DNA of 63,311 nt, counting the filler, from Jimgerdemannia flammicorona (lineage: Eukaryota): assembly GCA_003990765.1 (NCBI GenBank). It is 2 parts of 2 records of this genome, joined end to end, with 100 filler letters (N's around TTAATTAATTAA, not from the genome) between each part and the next. Parts side by side here need not be neighbours in the genome. Positions count along the whole stretch, not along the records: positions 1 to 31,610 come from RBNJ01000386.1; positions 31,711 to 63,311 come from RBNJ01000387.1. One strand, 5' to 3'. The notes below the pieces were generated by a model that did no database searches, was not told the origin of the DNA, and saw only the letters and a program-made list of their open reading frames with translations. Both the position numbers and the translations under genes were made by a program. Below, in pieces: positions 24,781 to 35,428 of the stretch. Each line of letters begins with the position of its first letter. The stretch's first letter is position 1.

Positions 24781-26150
24781 CACATCTCTCTCCACTACAT
24801 TTCACATTACACACGATTTTTGAATCATTTATTGGAGAAAGATATTAAGAAGATGTCTAGCAGCAAGTAAGCTGACATATGTACTAGGTCGGGTGGACCT
24901 GGAGCCTTCGACTAGCAGCATGTTGGGAGGGGGCATGGGCTTGGAATGGGGTCTTTCAGTGGCTCAAGTGGACTAGGCAGCTTGGGTAGTAGAGGTGGCA
25001 CTGGTGGGGGGGCTGGAGGGCAGCAGGGGAGGAGCTTTGCAGATATGTATGCTGAGGACTGGGGGTTGACCGAAGGGAGCCCACAGTGATCAGGCAGGAG
25101 AGAAGGGGAAGCAGAAGGCTGGAGATGCTGGGGGAGCTGGGCCTTCACTGGTGGGAGGTGGGGGAAGTAGAGGGACTGCTGGGGGTAGTGGCAGACTGCT
25201 GATGGTGATGGGATGGTAAAATCAGAAAAAAAAACAAGATGTGATGGCTGATGGTCAGGGGGGGCAGGGGTTCCCAATGAGGAAAGGGGACCTGGCGGAT
25301 GGTGTAACGGGACTGGCAGTGGCCCCATTGCTCAAGAAGTCGATTTCAGAGTTTGTAGCTACCTTGTGCTTCTGGGGCTTGGCAGTGATGGCAAGGATGG
25401 TCCTGGGGCTTATCTTGAAGCAGGTGGCTGGGGTGGCCTTGGTGAAATTCTTGAAGGGTCTGGAGTGGGTTGAGGTGGGCTTTGAGGAGGCAGGCCTACT
25501 GGATGAGGCCCTGAAGACTGGAGTGGTAGTTGGGAAGGTGGCAGTCCCCTTGATGAGGTACTTGAGGTGGGACCCCAGGGTGGTGCAGCTCCTGATGAGG
25601 GGGGTGTCCATGGTGACTAAGGAGGAGACTAGGAGGAGAGTGGAGGAGGTGATGGCAGAGTATGGGGATATAGTGGACATTGGCTTTTAGGTGTGGGAGG
25701 GGACAATTATCAGGACAGGCAATATCAATGTCAGAATTTGGCTGGCAGGAAAGGAGGCCACTGGGAAGATGAGTGACTGGCCCTCGGTGTTGATGTGGGG
25801 GGCCTTTGTCTGTAAGGTATCGTGGGTGAAAGAGAGTAAAGAGGAGGAGGAGTTGGGTGGTGCTGTAGAGAGGAGAGCGAAAGCCTGGAAGCTCTATAAG
25901 GAGTCAATGTACCTGGAGATTGTAGAGGGGAAGTATGTCCACACTAACAAGAGGCAGTAGGAGTACCTAGGGGCACCTGAGGCAGAGGGAGCTCTTGGCA
26001 AGTATGACTGGAGGGGAGAAGAGGAAGGTAGATGGGGCTGAGGAGTCTGGAGGTGTCAAAGCCAGTGTGTGGGCTAGCAAAGGAGGGAAGGAGGTGGTGG
26101 TGATGGAAAAATGGGCTGCAAAGGTGCTGGGCAAGGATCCCTATGCAGAT

Positions 26151-26788
26151 AGGAGGACTTCTTTCTCTCGAACCATACCAGTCAAAAGGTCCGGGTGGAA
26201 ATTGGATCCCTATGGTGCAGGGGAAGGGGGGCCATCAGTGCCCCAAGGTTGGGTGTACCAGAAGCAGTGAGAGAAGAGGAGTCCAATGGTGTCGAGTTGC
26301 CCCAACCTCAAGGCTACAGTTTTCAAGAATTCAAGGGTTTCATCATTTTGTAGGCCAGACAGTGCAAGGCAGGCTCTAGGAGCCACTGGCAAGTTCTCAA
26401 GGAGATGTGGAGTCTTATATTCGGTAATGTGGCCGGCTTCATGGTGAGCATCTGATTCACTGGCATGCTCTGGTGGGCTGGGGGACATGGGTCAGGCCCT
26501 TAGGCTTTCCTTCACTCAGGGGGGGGACTCTCATTGCATACTTAAGGCATAGAGGTGTACTGGGTAATTTCGGAAGGGGCTCGGAGAATTTCAGAAGGTG
26601 CAGCTGGTGATTGGCTGAGGTGGATGAGGTGATTTTGATATATATGGTGATGGCAGCTAGCGATTGATAGATGCAGGATGGTGTGATTTAAGATGGCAGT
26701 GATGATCAGGCCAGGTGATTGGCCATTGATAGTGTGATGATCAGCAGGGAGATCAGCAGCTGTAATAAAGGAGAGGAGTCCAAGTGAC

Positions 26789-26827
<39 letters not shown>

Positions 26828-27385
26828 AGATCAGCAGGTGACTACTTCGCCACTTTGGAGAGGGAGGAGCCAGTAGGCTGGGTGTATGCTGCAGGGATAC
26901 TCGAGGTCATGTCCAGTGGCCCTTTAGGGTAAGACTAGGTATGACAGCAGTATCACTTGAGGTACTAGTATCACAAGCTAGACAGCAACTTCTGACTTAG
27001 AGTTGGGTAGGGAGAGTGGCAGTTGGATGGCAGACCCATTCATTAAGTATGTAGGCTGGCACTGGGCAGCCAAGGTGGGGTGGAGTAACTTATGGTTGAG
27101 GATTTTCAGGCCTGTGTGCCATTTCATTTCTCTATATTGTATATATTATTTGTATGAGGGGGCCAGTTGTGGCCTTGGTGGTGCATTGTTATTGGCAGAG
27201 AGGGTGGGGTGGGAGCAGCTCAGGACAGAGAGAACCAGGCTCCGGCCACCTTGGCCTTGCCAAGGTTAGGTATCGAGTAGCCTGAGGCTACTCTTCTCAG
27301 GGCCTGATTCCACTTACTTTCTTGTCAGGTAATCTGGGGGATGTTTTCCTGCTGTTCACTATGTAACTATGTTTGGAATAAATGA

Positions 27386-27429
<44 letters not shown>
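26151..27429 (+). mobile_element. S1: ~1.2-kb non-coding poly(A) retroposon (non-autonomous, SINE-like)
   Basis: 15-bp TSD GATCCCTATGCAGAT (26136-26150/27430-27444), AATAAA then A40 tail; no recognisable ORF; 5' end GACTTCTTTCTCTCGAACCAT. Confidence 0.88.
26760..26824 (+). mobile_element. Extremely 5'-truncated LINE-A-type tail (32 nt + poly A) inside S1
   Basis: 13-bp TSD GGGAGATCAGCAG (26747-26759/26825-26837); AATAAAGGAG..GAGTCCAAGTGACTAT(A)n matches the LINE-A3 3' end AATAAAGGAGTCCAAGAGACTAT(A)n. Confidence 0.85.
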
Positions 27430-27431
<2 letters not shown>

Positions 27432-27885
27432 TCCCTATGCAGATGGTACCTTCGAAGTTTGGGAGGAGGAATTGGATAGCACTCCCTCCCCACTTGTCAG
27501 GAGGGGCCCGGTGGGGCGGAGAGGGGCGGCAGAGGATGTTCTGATGCAGGGGGCCCAGTAAGTTACCTTTGGGGTCCCAGATGTGGTGAAAGGGGGCCAG
27601 GTGGTGGAGGAGTGGAATGAGGATACCAGTGTTGGTGCTGATACTACAATGCTGGATGCAGGGTGGCCAGGGACCCCTGGAGAGAAGGAGATTGGAAATC
27701 TGCTATAGATGAGCAAGGTGATAGATAACCTTATGGCTGAGGTGTTGGGAGAAGTGGATCTAGGGGTCATGCCGGAGAAGCACTGGGCATGGATTCTGTG
27801 AGGTGATGGAGTGATAGAGGTGCTAAAGGTGGAGATTCTTGTGATCTTACTAGAAGATGAGAGATATGAGGTAGATGAGGTGAGG

Positions 27886-30800
27886 GACTTCTTTTGCTCA
27901 AACCATTTGGAGTGAGCTAAGCCACACAGACAATCTTTTGCAAAAAGCAATATGTTTTCAAGTTTTCACTTCGTTCATACTAGTGTGCAAGGTGTGGCAG
28001 AAGTCTGGCAACAATTCACAGTAAGTTTCATCCAAATCTGTCAAGTTTCAGTGGTATGGTGACCCAAGGCTCATCAAGCTCGGAGTGCCTAGAGAGGAGG
28101 AGGCCTGGCCTGGGCCTCCCCAAGAGTTTTGCAGCAGCAGCTGGTCAAGGAGGGGCTGGGGGGCAAACAGGAGGTCATGGATCAGTAGCAGGACTGGGTG
28201 GATGGCACACAGTGGTGGGGAGTAAGTGGGCAGCTGCTAGGCCTGCAGTCGGGGGGCAGCAGGGGCATAGTATTGACAGGAGTAGATGTCAGGCAACTGG
28301 TCAGCTGACTGGCCAGAGACCCAGCAGGGGTCAGGGGTCTGGGGGTATGACGGCTGGGACTGGCTTTCTTGGGGCTGGGCCAGTGGCTGGAGGTGGGACT
28401 GCTGGTGGCACAGTAGCTCCTAGTGAGATGGTGGCTAGTGTATCTGGTAGCAAGAACAAGGTGACTCTGGCAGTAGGAACTGGAGAGCTGGTGGTATGAC
28501 CATTCTTCCATAAGTCAGTGTCATCATGGGCAGTCTCTGCCAACTTCTTGGGCCTTGGTCTGTCAGCCAAGGAAGTTCTACAGCTAGTGGGTGAGGAGGT
28601 TGCTGGGGCTGAGTTACTGAGGTTTATCCCCATGGTAGAGGCAGTTGAGGTCAGATTCGTTGAGGAGGAGGCCATGGTGAAGGCCTTGGAGAAGGGGTTG
28701 ATGGTCAAGAATGTTAAGGTGGGGATGGTGAGGTGCCTGAGATGGGACCCATGTGCAGTGAGATTGGTAGTGGAAGGACTGCTGACACTGAGCAGGCAGG
28801 AGACTAAGATGGTGATCGCCAAGGCTCTGGAAGGCTTTGGCGAGATGGTGGATTTCAGATTTATATTTTGGGAGACCACCAAGCTGAGGAATGGTAATTG
28901 TGAGGCAATAGTGTGGCTGGAGGGGAAGGAGACAACAGGCCTGTGGCAAGACTGGCCAGAGGTCATTTGTGTTGGAGAGCAGGATTGCTGGGTCTGGAGG
29001 AGGAAAGGCTCCGAGCAGGAAGAGAAGGAGCTGCTGATAGCTCTCAAGGAGCGTGATGAGGCAAAGACTTTGCAGAAAAGGAAATGGGAGGAATTTGCTA
29101 AGGATTGGATCTGGATTGAGATGGATGGTAAGAGGAAGTGTTGGCATAGGGCAAACTAGGAGTGGCTGCAGGCAGTGCTGTGAGTATCTGAGGAGGAGGA
29201 GGTTGAAAGGGTAGCATCTGACAGGAATTATATAGAAGGGGTGGAGGTGGCAGAGGTGTCCTTCTTGTAGTTGGAGGGAGTGGAGGAATCTGTGCATGCA
29301 TCTATAACAGGGAAGTGGGCAGGTGGTGAAGAAGAGCGAGGAGAAGGATTCGAAGAAAATGTGGAGGTGATTCCCAAAACTCTGATGGAAGACATGGTAA
29401 TGGCTAGGTCAGCGAATGTGCACTGGGAATGTCCAGAAGCTGGGGAGGTAGTGAGGTTGGATAAGGTCTCTGAAGAGGATGAGCTGGTGAATGTCGCTTC
29501 GGATGTTTCAGCAGACAGAGAGCTGCTTCAGGAGCTTTGCCAGACTCCCAGGCCTGTGACTCCGGGGCTGATGGCAATGGTAGCAGATGGTTGGTTCCAG
29601 GCAGTTCTGGAGGAGCTGGTAGAGGACGACATTAAGGAAGTAGATGTATTTCAGGGTTCTTCAGAGGCGTGGGATGGATTTCTCAAGGTGGTACTGCAGG
29701 GACCAAAGCTTGTGACTGCAATGGTGACAGCCCTTCTGGAGGATGAAGGGTATGAGGTGGATGATAACTAAATGGCAGATATCCATAAGCTAGCATCCAA
29801 GCAAGTGGACTTCTTCTGCAGCTGTGTCAATGGCAAAAGAATTTGGCAAGCAGTCTGTGAGGAGCGTCGGGACATCATTAAGGGCTGAGCTGAGAAGGTA
29901 GCAGTGGTGGTGGCTGATATCTAAACTCCAAATTTTCCATGATGAAGTATGACCTACAAATTCTGTCTATCAATGTCAATGGCTTGCAAGATGGTGTGAA
30001 GCAGCAGCATCTCTTTTGATAGTTGAAGGTCTGGAGGTATGATGTGGTATTTCTTCAAGATATTCAAGCTTATGTGGAGGAGGACTATAAGTTGTGGGGT
30101 CAGAAATGGTTTGGGAATGCAGGATGGAGTAAGCAAGTTGGTATTCTGGTTGGAGTTGGGAAGGGGGAGTTAGTGGATATAGAATGTTTTGGTGATTGTT
30201 TGGTGTGGGGAAGGCTGAAGGGAGGGAAAGGAGATGGACTCTTGGTGGGCTCTGTATATCTGCCAGCAGTTTACAGAGAGTGAAAGCAATGGGTAGTGGA
30301 GTGGCTGGCTTGGGAGAATTGGGCAACTCTAGGGTTGGACATTTTGGGGGGTAACTTTAACATGGTTAGGGACCATGCACTAGATTGGTCTGATAGCGGG
30401 GCTGGGGTAGCAGTCTCTCCAGAGCTGTCTCAGTGGCTTCAGGTGGAAAAGGACATGGGGTTGGTATATGGTGTACAATTGAGGGTGGGAGATGGATCAG
30501 GCCCCTTTACCAGGTGGCATTCCATAGACAATGGGATGGTTGGTATGTGGATTGACTGGGTGCTGGTAGCTGAACATTGGGGTAATTTTTTCAATGTGGC
30601 TGGAGTACAGTGGTGCCCATGGTCAGACCATTGGGGAGTGGAGGTAAGTGGAAGATTCCAGGCTATTAATGGGGGAGGCAGGCGCTGGCATCTCAATATA
30701 GCCTTGCTCTGGTGTCCAGCAGAATGAGAGTGATTCATATACATGGCCCAACAAGAAGTAGAGCGATGGGTGGCTGGTGGTCTATCTATTGCAGATTGGT

Positions 30801-31600
30801 GGGGCAGATTCAAACACCTTGCTAGTGCATATTGGAGAGATACTGGAGAAGTGACAGGAAAGGAGCAAAAGGACAAGGAAAGGAGAGTTGAAAGGGGTCT
30901 GTGGTGGTGGCTGAAGCTGTTGGAGGATGGTGTACTGGCAGAAGAAAGGAAGGGTCAACTCACTAGAGAAGTAATCGACTTGCAGGCAACTTTGAGGGAG
31001 GCTGAGAATAGAGTGGTGGATGGGCTCCTGGTGGACCTAAGGGCTAGGCAACTGGAAGAGGGTGAAAGACCGACTAAGTACTTATCTGGTGTCTTGAAGG
31101 TGAGGAATGTTTGATACAGCTGGTCTTCAGTTTTGTGAGAAGATGGTGTTGAGGTCACTAGTATAGTAGATATGTTGGAGGAGATCTCAGGACAATGGCA
31201 GACCCTTTGGAGTGATGATGACATGGGAGAGAGTGTTGGAGTAGGGGATGTTGCAGAGGCACCTCTAGTACATGACTGGCCAGTGGTGTCACTACCAGAG
31301 ATTGGAGCTTCAGTATTCGGCAGAGTATCTTTGGAGGAGGTGTTGGAGGTTTTGCAGAAGGTGCCAAGTGGTTTTTCGCCAGGGGAGGATGGTCTCCCTT
31401 GGGAATTTTGGAAAGAGTTTCAGGTGGAATTTGGAGCTTGGCTTGTTGAAATGGTTAATTTTGTACTGAAAGAAGGACAGTGGATTGGGAATAGAAGTTT
31501 GGGTCTGGTGTCTTTGCTGTATAAGGAGAAAAGTGACAGGAGGGAGTGGCATAATTGGTGGCTGATCATGCTGCTAAATGTCGACAGGAAGCTAGTCTCT
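27886..31600 (+). mobile_element. LINE-A2: 5'UTR, ORF1 (from 28056), ORF2 APE and start of RT, to contig end
   Basis: Same 5' end as A1/A3; MVTQGSSSSE ORF1; SINVNGL, GGNFN, WSDH, SPGEDGLP. Confidence 0.9.
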
Positions 31601-31610
31601 TTTTTTTTTT

Positions 31611-31710
31611 NNNNNNNNNNNNNNNNNNNNNNNNNNNNNNNNNNNNNNNNNNNNTTAATTAATTAANNNNNNNNNNNNNNNNNNNNNNNNNNNNNNNNNN
31701 NNNNNNNNNN
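31611..31710. other. Artificial contig spacer (N44-TTAATTAATTAA-N44)
   Basis: 100-bp linker with six-frame stops; the two flanks need not be adjacent in the genome. Confidence 0.97.
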
Positions 31711-31775
31711 TTTTTTTTCCCGGTTACGAGGTGGGATTAGTGAGCTCTTTTTATTTGGCTGGTAACGCTCTCTAG

Positions 31776-31900
31776 ACGTGGTCCTCTGCGTCGCCTGCCA
31801 CCCTACTATGAACATCATCGCCTCGGGCTCGATCGACAAAGACAAGTCGGTGAAGCTGTGGTTCGATCGGTCGGCGCCGCAGCAGCTGCCTCCGGCGTGA
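31776..31900 (+). CDS. Terminal exon of a WD40 protein, WDR5/SWD3-like (COMPASS subunit)
   Basis: After acceptor TCTAG: (D)[40 protein letters not shown], resembling the last WD repeat of WDR5 (ACHP..NIIAS...DK..KLW). Confidence 0.75.
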
Positions 31901-32347
31901 GCGCGCTGGATGAAAATGGGGCGAGGACGGTCGACGTGTTGAAATAGAAGAAGCGGGTTTGTGAAGATCACGGTTGGTGGGTGGCTATCTATTTTCGGTT
32001 AATATACTTTTAAACTTCCCCCTATTGTTTTGCTTGACTATTTCTTGTATAATTTCTTTCGGAAATGTCGGTTCGTTGCTTTGTCGCATTTTGTCGCAAT
32101 GACGGCAGATCTGAGCCAGTGTTGTATTCTCATGCACATTAAACTGTCTGGTTAGTCGCTCCCTCCTTTGTATAACGTTGTGTATGGTGTCATGGGATCA
32201 TTTCGTTTTTGGTTCGATCATGTATATACCAGGGTGGCTCTGACGTCACCGAGTAATTCTGTCAACCCCAACACTGTAAACACACCCACTCTTCCCTGCC
32301 TACACTTTTACACTCTTACACCAACTCCAACCACACCCATCTCGAAA

Positions 32348-33217
32348 ATGTTCGGTCTCCGCAAGTGGTCCACCCCCGTCATGCGCCCTATGGGCCCCTT
32401 CGTCGTTTCCGGCTTCGTCGTAATTTATCTGGTCGGCAAGCTCCAGACTGCAATGATCGATTGTGAGTGTTAGTTACAGGATGTAGGGTTTTGGAGACCA
32501 GAGACAAGGAAGCCTTGGTTGACGGGGAACCTTGGTAATTGCGGGAATTGCGTTACTGTGTGGAGGCTCCTGTGAGTTTTAATGGCACCAGCACGCTACT
32601 GAACACGACTGGCCTTCGTAATCTCTGGCCATTAAGATTTATTACTGAGATCTTTTATATATATATTTTTTTATTATTATTTACCTCTCCCAACCATCGC
32701 AGCCGACATGTACAGGAACGACCCGCGGAACCCTGCCCGTGAGTTTTTATTTATTTATTTTGCCATATCGATGAGAAATATTATGCTTTATTTCTCTCCC
32801 GTTTTTGTCTCTCTGGAAAAAGGAGAGTTGCTTTTCGATCCCTCTGCCCCCCCTCCCCCCGACATCATTCGTTTCGTATTTATTTATACCGTTGTGAAAC
32901 GGTCCAAAAAGCCCTTTTTGTGCGTTCGGACCATGTGTTTTTTATCTTGGGTGTTGGGTTTGGGAATCGATGGGGGAGGGGACCGCGATAGTATTTTTAA
33001 ACGAGTTTGTGTGAATTATTGCACTTCGCCATTGTCTTATTTTAATCAGTCTCCCCAGTCCAGCCCCATTTCTCCATTTTCTATTCCTATATCTTTTTTT
33101 GGCATGTTGCCACGTCTTTCCTCATTGCATGTAGTCACACGCTTATCCACATCCATCCACTAACACCTTTGCCCTCTTCCTACATCAGACTTAGCTGGCA
33201 AGAAGGAGGCTCACTAA
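32348..33217 (+). CDS. ATP18: Mitochondrial ATP synthase subunit j (i), 59 aa; exons 32348-32462, 32703-32738, 33189-33217
   Basis: Spliced product MFGLRKWSTPVMRPMGPFVVSGFVVIYLVGKLQTAMIDSDMYRNDPRNPAHLAGKKEAH has the TP..PF-TM-NDPRNP signature. GTGAGT donors, CAG acceptors, CTAAC branch site in intron 2, AATAAA at 33245. Confidence 0.92.
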
Positions 33218-33577
33218 AGCAATTCCCAACAAGACAAACCGAACAATAAATCTATTCGATGCGGTCGTACTCTAGAGCACCCGCAACGATCCATTCTTAA
33301 ACTCATCTGTTTGTGACGCTCGAGGAGGGAATGTGGGTTGTATTGTATGCATCATGGAATAGTGGTAGAGGGTGGTCAGTGTTTTATTTGTGGATTATTG
33401 TTAGAGAATGTGGAACCCGCGAATGCGCCTGTGCTTGGAGAAACACGATCAGCCCGATGCCTAACATCGGCTGCGGAGTCTCTCTCGCGACTAAGCGACG
33501 TTTGTGTAACAACGGAGGCTTGTAGCATTATATATTGGCAATGTGACGTCGCATGTCATAACACTACGTCCTATAGG

Positions 33578-34882
33578 ATGAACAGGAATCAACCGAACCC
33601 GCGACCGAGCCCTTCTCGGGGCAGACCCTCTCGGGCCAGGGCAGACCCCTTCAGGCCAGACCCCTTCAGGCCAGACCCCTTCAGGCCAGACCCCTTCAGG
33701 TCAGACCCCTTCAGTCCCTTCATGCCAGACCCCTTCATGACAGATTCTTTCCCTTCAGGTCAGACCCCTCCACGCCAGACCCCCTCAGGCCACACCCCTT
33801 CAGGCCAGACCCCCTCAGGTCAGGACCCCTCAGGTCAGACCCCCTCAGGTCAGGACCCCTCAGGTCAGACCCCCTCAGGTCAGGACCCCTCAGGTCAGAC
33901 CCGGACCCTTACGAACGACTTGGCCAACCTCCTCGATGAAAAAATCTTTCACGACGTCGCCATTATATGTTCCGATGGCGTCGAGGTCGGCGCCTCTCGC
34001 ATTATCCTGGCCGGCCGCTCCCCCGTCCTGAAGGCGATGCTCTTCGGTGAGATGCGTGAGGCCTCCTCCGGACAGGTGCTCCTCCCAGAAATAGACTCTG
34101 CTACCTTCCGCATCGTCCTCCGCTTCATATACACCGGCGACATTCAGCCCTACATCCCGCTCTCACCGGAGGTTACGATCAACGTCTTTAGAGCTTCGTC
34201 CTTCTTCATCCTGCCAGAGCTGTCCAAGTTGGCTGTGTCACACGCCACGCCCGTCCCGTCCATAGAGCACGCCCCATTCCTGCTGAATAAGGCCGTCAAA
34301 TCCGTGCCGCCGAGCAAGGATAACGCGATATTGTATGCCATTCTCATGGCGCCCTTCCTCAAGCAGGAGCTCCAACTCAGCCACCTGAATGGATTGTCCG
34401 CCGAGGCTCTCGAGGTGTTGCTCATGGACGCCAAAGACCCGAGAACAACAGAGTTCCACCTGCTTGCGTGCGTCGTAAGTTGGGCGCTGTTCAATGACGA
34501 ATTCGCAATTTCCGACTCTAGATACATGGTGCTTCTCGACTACATATACGAAACCGAAGACGACCGCCTGCCGAACTGCATATTTGACGTCAGCGAGCAG
34601 GCCCGGGACTCCATCCTCAGGATGCTACCGTATATCAAGCTTGATCTCATCTGCCCACACAGGTTTAGAATACTGACGAAGCTCATCGACGGGCTCGTGG
34701 ATCCTTCGCCCATCTCCGCCGCCGTATTCGACTACGCATGCAAGCACATCGTTTGTCCTCGTGGTCATCCATCAAAGAGACGCGGCGAGGAAGACGTCAA
34801 GGTTGGAGACACCGTGGTTGGAAACATCATTAATGGCATGTTCGACCTCAGCGACGACATTATGACTATTGGTAGAATATAA
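33578..34882 (+). CDS. BTB/POZ domain protein with N-terminal Pro-rich pentapeptide repeats (start uncertain; frame open from 33338)
   Basis: FHDVAIICSDG..ASRIILAGRSPVLKAMLFGEMREASS..LPEIDSATFRIVLRFIYTG is a BTB core followed by a BACK-like helical region; normal CpG content. Confidence 0.88.
   Translation: MNRNQPNPRPSPSRGRPSRARADPFRPDPFRPDPFRPDPFRSDPFSPFMPDPFMTDSFPSGQTPPRQTPSGHTPSGQTPSGQDPSGQTPSGQDPSGQTPSGQDPSGQTRTLTNDLANLLDEKIFHDVAIICSDGVEVGASRIILAGRSPVLKAMLFGEMREASSGQVLLPEIDSATFRIVLRFIYTGDIQPYIPLSPEVTINVFRASSFFILPELSKLAVSHATPVPSIEHAPFLLNKAVKSVPPSKDNAILYAILMAPFLKQELQLSHLNGLSAEALEVLLMDAKDPRTTEFHLLACVVSWALFNDEFAISDSRYMVLLDYIYETEDDRLPNCIFDVSEQARDSILRMLPYIKLDLICPHRFRILTKLIDGLVDPSPISAAVFDYACKHIVCPRGHPSKRRGEEDVKVGDTVVGNIINGMFDLSDDIMTIGRI
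33642..33901 (+). repeat. Coding 15-bp tandem repeat CAGACCCC(T/C)TCAGG(C/T)
   Basis: About 16 imperfect units encoding DPFRP repeats, then QTPSG/QDPSG repeats. Confidence 0.92.
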
Positions 34883-35047
34883 TAAAAGAAAATATCTATT
34901 ATCTGATATGCTTAATAATAATATAAATAATTAAGACAATAAACAATTTAACAATACCTAAAGCAATAGTGACAGCTTTGTTTTATTCAATCCCAACCAT
35001 AATCACAAAGCTCCGTAAATGGTCACGTGATGACTTCTCGAGAATAA

Positions 35048-35428
35048 ATGCATCTCGCCACCTCTCCAACACTTCCTTTCGAAACACTCACTGCCATCTT
35101 CAAATTATTGCCAGAGCAAGACGCCATTGGACATCACTTCTTTCGCACCGACCTTTTCAACTGCTCACTCGTCTCGCATGAATGGCGGCGCGCTGCCACT
35201 CTCCCGCTGCTCTGGAAGAAGCTCCGCATTGATAGCGGAAGATCCCTCAGCATATATAGTGCTGTATCCATATTGGAGGAGATTTTGCGAAAGCTTGCGG
35301 ACTCGTTGGCCGACGAATGTGCAAGCACCACCACACAAGGCAAAATCAACTGTGCCAGCCACATCAGGAAATTCGCAATAAACACTTCGCGCATGAAGTG
35401 CACGGCACATACCACATTTGCATCTTGA
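35048..35428 (+). pseudogene. F-box-like protein, probably truncated by LINE-B4
   Basis: LPFETLTAIFKLL...DLFNCSLVSHEWRRAATLPLLWK fits an F-box pattern; a LINE 5' end begins ~24 bp after the stop. Confidence 0.7.

Larger units (their letters stand above)
24781..27885 (+). mobile_element. LINE-B3 5'UTR and ORF1 (ATG 24853), interrupted by S1 and cut by LINE-A2
   Basis: ORF pieces 25241-26150 closely match B1 ORF1; resumes at 27430 after the TSD. Confidence 0.85.

Noticed and set aside
31611..31710. Palindromic TTAATTAATTAA between N runs
   Set aside because: Artificial six-frame-stop linker; no biological adjacency can be inferred across it.
32168..33163. ORF-track calls 32168-32473 and 32708-33163
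   Set aside because: They are ATP18 exons reading on into introns or upstream sequence.
33642..33901. Possible CRISPR-like array
   Set aside because: No unique spacers, lies within an ORF, eukaryotic context, no cas genes.
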